A stretch of DNA of 64,000 nucleotides from the NCBI GenBank assembly GCA_900540395.1, contig UQFQ01000005.1, positions 956 through 64,955 on the forward strand, given 5' to 3'. Below are positions 1-7,566 of this stretch, piece by piece. Source of the stretch: an uncultured Mollicutes bacterium (GTDB lineage Bacteria > Bacillota_I > Bacilli_A > RFN20 > CAG-826). Under the pieces are notes generated by a model. It did not search any database, had not been told where the DNA came from, and worked only from the letters and a program-made list of their open reading frames with translations. Each line of letters opens with the position of its first letter. The stretch's first letter is position 1. A program made the position numbers and the translations under genes.

Positions 1-1
1 G

Positions 2-2002
2 CTTCAAAAATCACTCGATAATCTATCAAAAATTCTTGGTTTGATTACCCTAATTGTTGTTATTGCTGTTTTAATTGTCGATATTATCTGGATTTTTGTT
101 GAAGGACATGGCAATGAAGTAGAAGCTTGGATTGAAGCTGTTTTATCTTCAATTGCACTTGCTGTTGCTGCTATTCCAGAAGGCCTTGCTGCAGTTGTTA
201 CAATCGTTCTTTCAATCGGTGTTCAAAGAATGGTTAAGGTTAATACTGTTGTTAGAAAACTTCCTAGCGTTGAAACTCTTGGAGCGGTTAGTGTTGTTTG
301 CTCAGATAAAACAGGTACATTAACACAAAATAAAATGACTGTTGTTCAAGCTTATGTTGATGATAAATATTTCATTAGTGAAGACTTTAAGAAAGAAAAC
401 GAATCAGCTGATTTAAAACTTTTAGCCGAAGGTATGTCTTTATGTAGCAATGCAACAGTTGATGAAGGTTTATTTGGTGATCCAACTGAAATTGCTCTTG
501 TTGCTTTTGCTAATCAATTTGATTTACACAAATCATTCCTTGAAGGCAAGACTCCAAGAATTGATGAATTACCTTTCGATAGTGTTCGTAAAATGATGAG
601 CACGAAACATCAATTAGAAGAAGGCACAGTTATTTATACAAAAGGTGCTTTAGATTCTATTTTAGCTCGTACTATTAAGATTTTAGATAATGGTGTTGAA
701 AGAGACATTACACCAACTGATATTGAAAAGATTAATACTGCTAATAAATATTTCTCTGATAAAGCATTAAGAGTTTTAGCTTTATCTTATTCTAAAAAAG
801 ATAAAATTGATGAAACTGATTTAGTTTTTATTGGTCTTGTTGCAATGATTGATCCTGCTAGACCTGAAGCTAAACCTGCTGTAAGCAAATTTAAAGAAGC
901 TGGTATCACAACAGTTATGATTACTGGTGACCATAAAGATACTGCTTTTGCAATTGCTAAGGATTTAGGAATTGTTGAAACAATCGATCAATGTATGCTC
1001 GGAAGTGAAGTTGATAAATTAAGTGAAACTGAACTTTGCGAAGCTTGCAAGAAGACAAGAGTTTTTGCTCGTGTTTCTCCAGAAAACAAAGTTCAAATTG
1101 TTAAAGCTTTCCAAGCTAATGGTAATATTTGTGCTATGACTGGAGATGGTGTTAACGATGCACCTTCATTAAAAGCTGCTGATATTGGTATTGCAATGGG
1201 TATTACTGGAACAGACGTTGCTAAAGGTGCAGCTGATATGGTTCTTACTGATGATAACTTTGCTTCTATTGAAAAAGCAGTTGAAGAAGGTAGAGGAATT
1301 TATGCCAATATCAAAAAGACCGTTATCTTCTTATTAAGTAGTAATATTGCAGAAGTTCTTGCCATGTTTATTATCGTTTGTCTTGGACTTCCTGCTCCAT
1401 TAATTGCTATTCACTTATTATGGGTCAACTTAATAACCGATTCTCTTCCAGCTATCGCTTTAGGTATGGACCCACGTGATCCTAATATTATGAGAGAACA
1501 ACCTCGTGATCCTAAAGAAGGAATCTTTGCAAGAGGCGGAATGAAAAACACTTTATTATATGGGGCAATTCTTACAATTGGTGTTTTAATTTCTTACTTT
1601 AGTTGTGCTTGGTTACATGATGCATATTCATTTATGGAAATTAAAAATTTATATGCTTCCAATCCTAGTGTTTTACATCAAGCTCAAACAATGGCCTTTA
1701 CAACTCTTGCCTTCTCTGAATTATTCCACATGGTTGGTATGAGTGATGTTAATAGATCATTTGTTCATGTCTTTAAAGACAAGAACTGGATGATGCTTGT
1801 CGCTTTTGCCGCTGGAATTATCTTACAACTCTTTGTTATTTTGACTCCTGGGGTTCAAGAATTATTCAATACCGCAAATCTTTCAAGGGATGAAAAATGG
1901 TGGGATGAATGGCTTATTACTTTAGCTTTCTCAGTTATTCCATTAGTACTCCATGAAGTTATTGTTGGAATTAGATTCTTAAAGAGAAAATTTGCTAAAT
2001 AA
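2..2002 (+). CDS. P-type cation-transporting ATPase (type II, Ca2+-ATPase-like), 5'-truncated by window edge
   Basis: Frame open from base 2. Phosphorylation motif CSDKTGTLTQN, TGDHKDTA, hinge motif GDGVNDAPSLK, C-terminal TM helices. Stop at 2000-2002. Confidence 0.9.
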   Translation, partial: LQKSLDNLSKILGLITLIVVIAVLIVDIIWIFVEGHGNEVEAWIEAVLSSIALAVAAIPEGLAAVVTIVLSIGVQRMVKVNTVVRKLPSVETLGAVSVVCSDKTGTLTQNKMTVVQAYVDDKYFISEDFKKENESADLKLLAEGMSLCSNATVDEGLFGDPTEIALVAFANQFDLHKSFLEGKTPRIDELPFDSVRKMMSTKHQLEEGTVIYTKGALDSILARTIKILDNGVERDITPTDIEKINTANKYFSDKALRVLALSYSKKDKIDETDLVFIGLVAMIDPARPEAKPAVSKFKEAGITTVMITGDHKDTAFAIAKDLGIVETIDQCMLGSEVDKLSETELCEACKKTRVFARVSPENKVQIVKAFQANGNICAMTGDGVNDAPSLKAADIGIAMGITGTDVAKGAADMVLTDDNFASIEKAVEEGRGIYANIKKTVIFLLSSNIAEVLAMFIIVCLGLPAPLIAIHLLWVNLITDSLPAIALGMDPRDPNIMREQPRDPKEGIFARGGMKNTLLYGAILTIGVLISYFSCAWLHDAYSFMEIKNLYASNPSVLHQAQTMAFTTLAFSELFHMVGMSDVNRSFVHVFKDKNWMMLVAFAAGIILQLFVILTPGVQELFNTANLSRDEKWWDEWLITLAFSVIPLVLHEVIVGIRFLKRKFAK

Positions 2003-2053
2003 AATTTAATTATCTAAATGATAATTTAGTTAAATTAAACTTTCAAAATGAAG

Positions 2054-2086
2054 AAAAAAGAGACTTCGCTTGAAGTCTCTTTTCAT
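2054..2086. terminator. Bidirectional intrinsic terminator
   Basis: Hairpin AAAAGAGACTTC(2056-2067)/GAAGTCTCTTTT(2072-2083) with GCTT loop. A-run on one side and T-run on the other. Lies between the convergent ATPase gene and the 45-aa ORF. Confidence 0.7.
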
Positions 2087-2091
2087 TAAGC

Positions 2092-2229
2092 TTAATTGAT
2101 GTGATCTAACACATCGTAGTAAGTAACGTAAACGTCGATAAGCTTTTCAACACCACTTTCATTTCTGTTTGGTCTTTCGTGTATATCGGAGCTACGTTTA
2201 CTTACTCTTCTAAATAACTTAGAAAGCAT
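2092..2229 (-). CDS. Small hypothetical protein, 45 aa (MLSKLFRRVSKRSSDIHERPNRNESGVEKLIDVYVTYYDVLDHIN)
   Basis: Below the ORF-track length cut-off. ATG at 2229 is preceded by AAAAGGAGGAAGG with about 6 nt spacing. Has its own near-consensus promoter upstream and the 2056-2083 terminator downstream. Confidence 0.45.
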   Translation of the reverse strand: MLSKLFRRVSKRSSDIHERPNRNESGVEKLIDVYVTYYDVLDHIN

Positions 2230-2298
2230 AAGTTTCCTTCCTCCTTTTAATTAATGTCCTATACTTAGGAGTGGTGCCTCCTTTTCTAGGGAAGATTA

Positions 2299-2326
2299 AT
2301 TATAGAGCAAGTTGAAACTTTGACAA
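2299..2326 (-). promoter_or_regulatory. Sigma-70-type promoter for the 45-aa ORF
   Basis: On the minus strand: TTGTCA (2326-2321), 16 nt spacer, TATAAT (2304-2299). Confidence 0.5.
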
Positions 2327-2372
2327 ATGAAATATTTAAAAAAGTGCTTATTAAAACAAGGAAAGCGCTTTA

Positions 2373-3194
2373 CTATAGGTAAGTCTTAACAAAATGAATT
2401 GCATAATTTATCCATGTTTTAATGAATGGATCAATATTAGCAATATCTTTTTCACTAACAATTTCATTAGCAAGACTTAAACCATGGGCACCATTTGGGA
2501 AAAGATGAAATTCACAAAAAACTCCAAGTTCTGTAAGCTTTTTAACTAAATTTATACTATTTAAGCAAGGAACTACGTTATCATTTTGAGTCGTCCAAAC
2601 AAAAGTTTTTGGAAAAGAAGAAGTACAGTTTTTAATAATATCAGTTTCTTCTAAATGATCAGGCATATTTCTTCTTAAGGCTTTTAAATTCGCATCAAAT
2701 GGATTGTCTTTTCCAGTATAAACAACTGGATAAGAAAGAATACAACCATTAACTTTAATAAGTTCTTTATTCTTTCCAATTAAGCTTGCAAATTTTTCGC
2801 TTTCAGAATTCATCGATGTAAAAGCGGCAAGATGACCACCCGCGCTAAAACCCATCACAGCAATTTTATCTGGATTAATGTTATATTTTTCAGCATTTTC
2901 TCTAATATAAGCTAATGCAGCAAAAGCTTCGACAAATGGATAAGGATATTTAAATTCAATAACTGAATAAGTAAGAGTAAAAACGGCAATGTCTTCGCTT
3001 ATTAATTTAAGGGCAATAGGTTCGTTTTCTCGATCACTTACAAATTCATATCCGCCACCTGGAAATACTAAAATACATTTTCTTTTTCTACCTTTAGAAA
3101 ATTCATCGAAGTTATCAGGAATATAACTTCTTAAAATTGCCTCGCTTTTAATCTTTTTATTAAGATCTTTAAGCTTTAAAACTTCATGTTTCAT
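2373..3194 (-). CDS. Alpha/beta-hydrolase fold esterase/lipase
   Basis: 273 aa. Oxyanion-type FPGGGY, nucleophile elbow GFSAGGH, C-terminal GAHG. Start abuts the stop of the upstream polymerase gene, so the two are co-transcribed. Confidence 0.8.
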   Translation of the reverse strand: MKHEVLKLKDLNKKIKSEAILRSYIPDNFDEFSKGRKRKCILVFPGGGYEFVSDRENEPIALKLISEDIAVFTLTYSVIEFKYPYPFVEAFAALAYIRENAEKYNINPDKIAVMGFSAGGHLAAFTSMNSESEKFASLIGKNKELIKVNGCILSYPVVYTGKDNPFDANLKALRRNMPDHLEETDIIKNCTSSFPKTFVWTTQNDNVVPCLNSINLVKKLTELGVFCEFHLFPNGAHGLSLANEIVSEKDIANIDPFIKTWINYAIHFVKTYL

Positions 3195-4442
3195 CTACCT
3201 TCTATGACCTCCTATTTGATTATGTCTTTCTCTAATTGTAGATTCTTTTTTAAGGCTAGAACCACATAAAGCCTTATTTTTACCATATTTTTTATATATT
3301 TCATCTAAAGCTTGATATAGATTTCTTTCTTTATCAACTGCTTCAAGATTTTTAAATAATGAGAGTTGCTCGGTTTTTCTTTCGACTAAGCCACCAAAAG
3401 AAATGCCAACTTGTCTAATAAAACCATCTTTAATATTGTTATCAAATAAATATAAAACTGCATTATATAAATCACTATTTAAATCAGTTGCATCTACTTT
3501 TAGTTGATGAGCAAAAGGAGCAAGATTGCTAGTAAAAGAGTAGCGTATCATTAAAGAAACTCCCGTTGCTTTTAACTCTGTCTGACGAAGTCTAATACAT
3601 AATTCATCGACCATTTCTTTTAAAATTAATCTGGTTTCGCTAACTGTATAATCTCTCATTAAAACTTGACCAAGTGAAAGATTCTTATTTACAGGAATAT
3701 ATTTATCTCTTATATCGCTTTCATCTCGGCCGTTAGCATGTTCGTATATATCTTCTCCTAGAATACCAAATTTCTCAATTAAAATTTCTTTAGGGTAGTG
3801 AGCAACATCATAAACCGTATATAAACCAAGTTTATTTAACCTTGCCTCGAATCCTCGTGATATTCCCCAAACTTCACTAAGTGGTTTAAGTGGCCAAAGT
3901 TTATTTGGCACGTCTTTATAGTCCCATAAAGCGATGTAATCCTTGGCGTTTTTGGCCTCTTTGTCATCGGCCATTTTAGCTAAAAACATATTTGGACCAA
4001 TCCCACAAGTACCAATCAAACCAGTTTGAGTATGAATTTTTTCTAATATTCTTTTACATAATTCTATTGGAGTGCATTTATATAACTTTAGATATGGACC
4101 AATATTTAAAAAAGATTCATCAATAGAATAGACGTGGATATCTTCTTTACCAACAAAATCTAAAAAGATAGAGACAATCTCGGCGCTTTTTTTGACGTAT
4201 TTTTCCATTTGTGGTTTTGCATAAATCATCCCAGGAATATTTTGAGGTAAATCTCTCCTTCTTAATCGAGAAGGAACGCCTAAACTTTTTAGATATGGAG
4301 AGACACTTAAAACAATGGTTGCCCCTTTCCTTTCAGTATCAGTAACCGCTAAAGGAGTAGTAAAAGGATCAAGTCCTCTTTCGACACATTCAAATGTTGC
4401 ATAGTATGCTTTCAAGTCAATTACAGCTACCCATTTTTTCAC
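3195..4442 (-). CDS. Y-family (translesion) DNA polymerase, DinB/ImpB/UmuC-type
   Basis: 415 aa. N-terminal VIDLKAYYATFE (the DMDAFYASVE-type motif), SIDESFLN catalytic motif, little-finger region. GTG start at 4442. Confidence 0.85.
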   Translation of the reverse strand: MKKWVAVIDLKAYYATFECVERGLDPFTTPLAVTDTERKGATIVLSVSPYLKSLGVPSRLRRRDLPQNIPGMIYAKPQMEKYVKKSAEIVSIFLDFVGKEDIHVYSIDESFLNIGPYLKLYKCTPIELCKRILEKIHTQTGLIGTCGIGPNMFLAKMADDKEAKNAKDYIALWDYKDVPNKLWPLKPLSEVWGISRGFEARLNKLGLYTVYDVAHYPKEILIEKFGILGEDIYEHANGRDESDIRDKYIPVNKNLSLGQVLMRDYTVSETRLILKEMVDELCIRLRQTELKATGVSLMIRYSFTSNLAPFAHQLKVDATDLNSDLYNAVLYLFDNNIKDGFIRQVGISFGGLVERKTEQLSLFKNLEAVDKERNLYQALDEIYKKYGKNKALCGSSLKKESTIRERHNQIGGHRR

Positions 4443-4754
4443 GACCTTATTTTAATATGTTTCAATAACTAATTTAAGATATCAAATTTCAATATCAAAA
4501 TTTAATACAATTTTTGCAGACTTATTTTTCAATATTATGAGAATTTTAAATTAAAAATTTAAGAAATTATCAATCAAATTTAAATTTAGCTTGTACTAAT
4601 AATAGGCAGGCGTAATGAAAAGAAAATACTTTTCTATTTTTTAACGTAGGTTATTTAATTACTGCTTAAGCAGTCTATGAAAATAACATAAATTTGATAA
4701 AATAAAGAAAAGATATTTTAGTTACTAAGATTTTAAATTTTAAAGGGGTTGTGT

Positions 4755-5645
4755 ATGGAAGAAATCAACTTTGAAAACCGCTTCAATGATGTTTTATTTG
4801 GTACATCTTGGGAGATTGAGTCTCCAAAAGCAATTGTAGTTATCGTTACTGGAATGGCAGAACATTCAAGACGCTATGATGATTTTGCTAAATTTTTAAA
4901 TAGTAACAATTATTCTGTTTATTGCATTGACCATTATGGGCAAGGTGTTGGTAAAAATGGTGAACTTGGCAATCCTGGGAGAGATTACTTTTTTAAGATG
5001 CAAGAAACAATTAAAGAATTTGTCTTAAAAAAGAAAGCTGACACTGGCTTAAAAGTTTATCTTTTTGCTCATTCAATGGGAAGTTTTGTTACTCAAGGAT
5101 TCATTGAGAAATATTCTAGAGTAATTGATAAAGTTGTTTTATGTGGAACAAACGGACCTAATCCACTTGTTAAATTTGGCTATTTATACACGAAAATCTT
5201 TATTAATAGCTATAACTACAATAAAACAGCAGGGTTTATTCATTCTTTATCTATTGGAGCATATGAAAAAAGCGTAAAAGAAAGAAGAAGCAATAACGAT
5301 TGGATTTCATATAATAGAGAAAACGTTGATCGATATGATAAAGATGAATTTAGTGGTTATCGTCCAACTAATGGCTTCTATAAAGAGTTTATGAAAGGTT
5401 TAGTTTCTATTCAAAAGAAGAAAAATGTAGCCTCTATATCTAAAAACTTACCTATTTTAATAATTGGTGGCAGTGATGATGCAGTTGGTAATTTTGGAAA
5501 AGGATTAGAAAAACTTGCTTCTTTATATAAAAGATATAATCTCAATGTTAAACTTATAATCTATGAAAATATGAGACATGAGATTCTTAACGAAAAAGAT
5601 AATTTAAAAGTTTATAACGATATCCTTAATTTCTTTAATCTTTAA
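4755..5645 (+). CDS. Alpha/beta hydrolase, lysophospholipase/monoacylglycerol-lipase-like
   Basis: GMAEHSRRY and nucleophile elbow AHSMGS. The ORF track starts at TTG 4749. ATG 4755 sits 6 nt after AAAGGGG and is preferred. Confidence 0.75.
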   Translation: MEEINFENRFNDVLFGTSWEIESPKAIVVIVTGMAEHSRRYDDFAKFLNSNNYSVYCIDHYGQGVGKNGELGNPGRDYFFKMQETIKEFVLKKKADTGLKVYLFAHSMGSFVTQGFIEKYSRVIDKVVLCGTNGPNPLVKFGYLYTKIFINSYNYNKTAGFIHSLSIGAYEKSVKERRSNNDWISYNRENVDRYDKDEFSGYRPTNGFYKEFMKGLVSIQKKKNVASISKNLPILIIGGSDDAVGNFGKGLEKLASLYKRYNLNVKLIIYENMRHEILNEKDNLKVYNDILNFFNL

Positions 5646-5877
5646 TTATTATTTACAATTTAAAATAATCGTTTAGAATTATTTTTGTCCTTATTATTTA
5701 GCTCTTTTTTGGGAAGAAAATCAAGAGTATTTTACACTAATTTTCTCCTTATGCAAACGAAAAACAATCATTTTTAATGTGGCCATAATATGAAAGTGTT
5801 TTCTTAAATTTTAATATCTTTTTAACTATGAATTGCTTTCTAAATATTATTTAATATAAGGAATAAATCAATTGGGA

Positions 5878-5948
5878 TTTAGTGTATAAGCGATTATAAA
5901 CGGTAATCGCGTCTCTACCCTTAAGCCTTATTAAGGACTACACAAATC
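5878..5948 (+). promoter_or_regulatory. Purine riboswitch aptamer (guanine/hypoxanthine-type, C at the specificity position)
   Basis: Hand fold:
- P1 GUGU/ACAC, plus a UUU/AAA extension
- J1/2 AUAA
- P2 GCGAUU/AAUCGC
- J2/3 GUCUCUAC
- P3 CCUUAA/UUAAGG
- J3/1 ACU
- L2 CGG complementary to L3 GCC
It lies upstream of a nucleoside ABC importer. Confidence 0.8.
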
Positions 5949-6038
5949 GAGTATTCGTCTGCAATACTAGTGGAGAATCAACACCGTTTCCTAAAAGGTT
6001 TATAAAAATGAGATTTTCTTTAATTAGGAGGAATTAAA

Positions 6039-7343
6039 ATAAAGAAAAACAGACTTGGCATGATGGTCTTCAGTATGCTCTCAGTCGTCGCTTTTGCTAC
6101 ATCTTGTGGTGGAACTGCAAGTGGTGAAGTAACTTTTGAAGAATTACCAGAAACAGATATTGGTACTAATATTACTGTTACTGATACTGCATTAAGTGGA
6201 TATTCCGAAAGCAACCCATTAAAGATTGCTTTAGTTACTGATTCAGGTACATTAAATGATCACTCCTTTAATGAATCCGCATGGAATGGTGTTAATGAAT
6301 TTGCTGTCAAAAATGGTCGTGGCAAAGTTGGTGAAAACAATATGGTCTCTACTGGTTCTATTCAAACAATGTACTATCAACCAGCAAACGATGCATACGA
6401 TACCGATGGAAGATTAGCAGCTATGCGTGAAGCCGCAACTAAGTTTAAAGCAAATATTATTGTCTTACCTGGATATTTATTCCAAGGCGCAATTAAAAAA
6501 GCTATTGAAGAAGAAGAAACATTTGGTGATGTTCAATTATTAGCTCTTGACTGTGTTAAAGAAGGTGACGACTACAAACCATACGAATATACAGATAATG
6601 TTACTTCAGTTATTTATAGAGAAGAACAATCTGGTTTCTTAGCTGGCTATGCAGCTGTCATGGACGGTTATAGAAAATTAGGTTTTGTAGGTGGTATGGC
6701 TGTTCCTGCTGTTGTTAGATATGGATCAGGCTATGTTCAAGGTGCAGCTTATGCAGCAGAACAACTTAAATTAGAATCGCCAGTTAGCGTTCAATATTAT
6801 TATGCAGGTCAATTCGCAGCTACTCCAGAAGCTACACAATATGCTACTTCATGGTATGCCAATGATACTGCCGATATTATTTTTGCTTGTGGTGGCGCTG
6901 TTTATCAATCAGTTGTTCAAGCTTCAATCGCTAATGATAATGCTCCATGGATTGGCGTTGACGTTAACCAACATGCCGATACATCTTTAAGTGTAGAAAC
7001 TAGAGAAGCTTTAAAAACATCAGCAATGAAGAATTTAACATTCGCAACACAAGTCTTATTAACAACTTGTGTTAATGAAGGATTATCCTGGGGCGATACT
7101 TTAGCAGGAAACGTTGTAACTGTTGGTGCTTCAAACGAAATGGTCAAACTTCCAACACCTGATGAAGATGATGACCCTGATTGCTGGGGATTTGAAAAAT
7201 TCACAGTCGAAGAATACAACGCCTTCTATGAAGATGTTAAGAGTGGTAAAGTTAAAGTTAATTCATTCTCAGATAACGAAATTTTAAGTACTAATAACTT
7301 TGGTGTTGATACTGCTTATTGTACAGTCAACTACATTGGTTAA
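6039..7343 (+). CDS. BMP-family (PnrA/TmpC-like) nucleoside-binding lipoprotein, ABC substrate-binding component
   Basis: LVTDSGTLNDHSFNESAWNG signature. Lipobox FATSC. Start proposed at ATA 6039, 7 nt after AGGAGG (6026-6031), which gives MKKNRLGMMVFSMLSVVAFATSC. The first ATG, at 6060, is 28 nt from the SD. Confidence 0.85.
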   Translation: MKKNRLGMMVFSMLSVVAFATSCGGTASGEVTFEELPETDIGTNITVTDTALSGYSESNPLKIALVTDSGTLNDHSFNESAWNGVNEFAVKNGRGKVGENNMVSTGSIQTMYYQPANDAYDTDGRLAAMREAATKFKANIIVLPGYLFQGAIKKAIEEEETFGDVQLLALDCVKEGDDYKPYEYTDNVTSVIYREEQSGFLAGYAAVMDGYRKLGFVGGMAVPAVVRYGSGYVQGAAYAAEQLKLESPVSVQYYYAGQFAATPEATQYATSWYANDTADIIFACGGAVYQSVVQASIANDNAPWIGVDVNQHADTSLSVETREALKTSAMKNLTFATQVLLTTCVNEGLSWGDTLAGNVVTVGASNEMVKLPTPDEDDDPDCWGFEKFTVEEYNAFYEDVKSGKVKVNSFSDNEILSTNNFGVDTAYCTVNYIG

Positions 7344-7357
7344 TCGGTAATAATTAT

Positions 7358-7397
7358 GTTAGTAAGGTGCTGCAACAGGCATCTTACTAACTTTTTT
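7358..7397 (+). terminator. Intrinsic terminator/attenuator after the SBP gene
   Basis: GTTAGTAAG(7358-7366)/CTTACTAAC(7383-7391) followed by TTTTTT. Confidence 0.6.
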
Positions 7398-7566
7398 ATA
7401 AATAGGCAATCAACTATTTATATCAAAAACTGTGGCTTGAATTATCTTGAAATAACCAAGGTTGTAGATATGAAAATACAGGCTCACAGCATAGTTAGAT
7501 TAGACCCGGGAAAGGAAATGTTATCTAATCATTAAATCCGGGTATGGTTAGATAATACATAATAAT

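Noticed and set aside
132-323. 63-aa ORF overlapping the P-type ATPase gene in another frame. The same class of track ORFs occurs at 6802-6990, 12190-12408, 31066-31335, 31926-32156, 40033-40266, 41776-41964, 45013-45273, 45961-46233, 49125-49361, 55771-56043, 57624-57806 and 62465-62659.
   Set aside because: All are nested in alternate frames of well-supported conserved genes, lack an SD and have Leu/Lys/Phe-rich composition typical of AT-rich off-frame translation.
6020-6214. Antisense ORFs inside conserved genes. Track entries: 6020-6214, 6917-7219, 9638-9895, 11724-11987, 16127-16345, 17233-17562, 17665-17865, 18022-18225, 20464-20724, 22239-22427, 24857-25060, 26678-26884, 36324-36512, 36688-36876, 38588-38896, 40939-41184, 41576-41902, 42014-42351, 43345-43563, 44287-44679, 45155-45427, 46172-46360, 48100-48306, 53851-54069 and 61932-62240.
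   Set aside because: They lie opposite strongly supported genes, have no start signals and show low-complexity or Ser/Phe/Leu-rich translations. They are expected by chance when the sense strand avoids certain codons.
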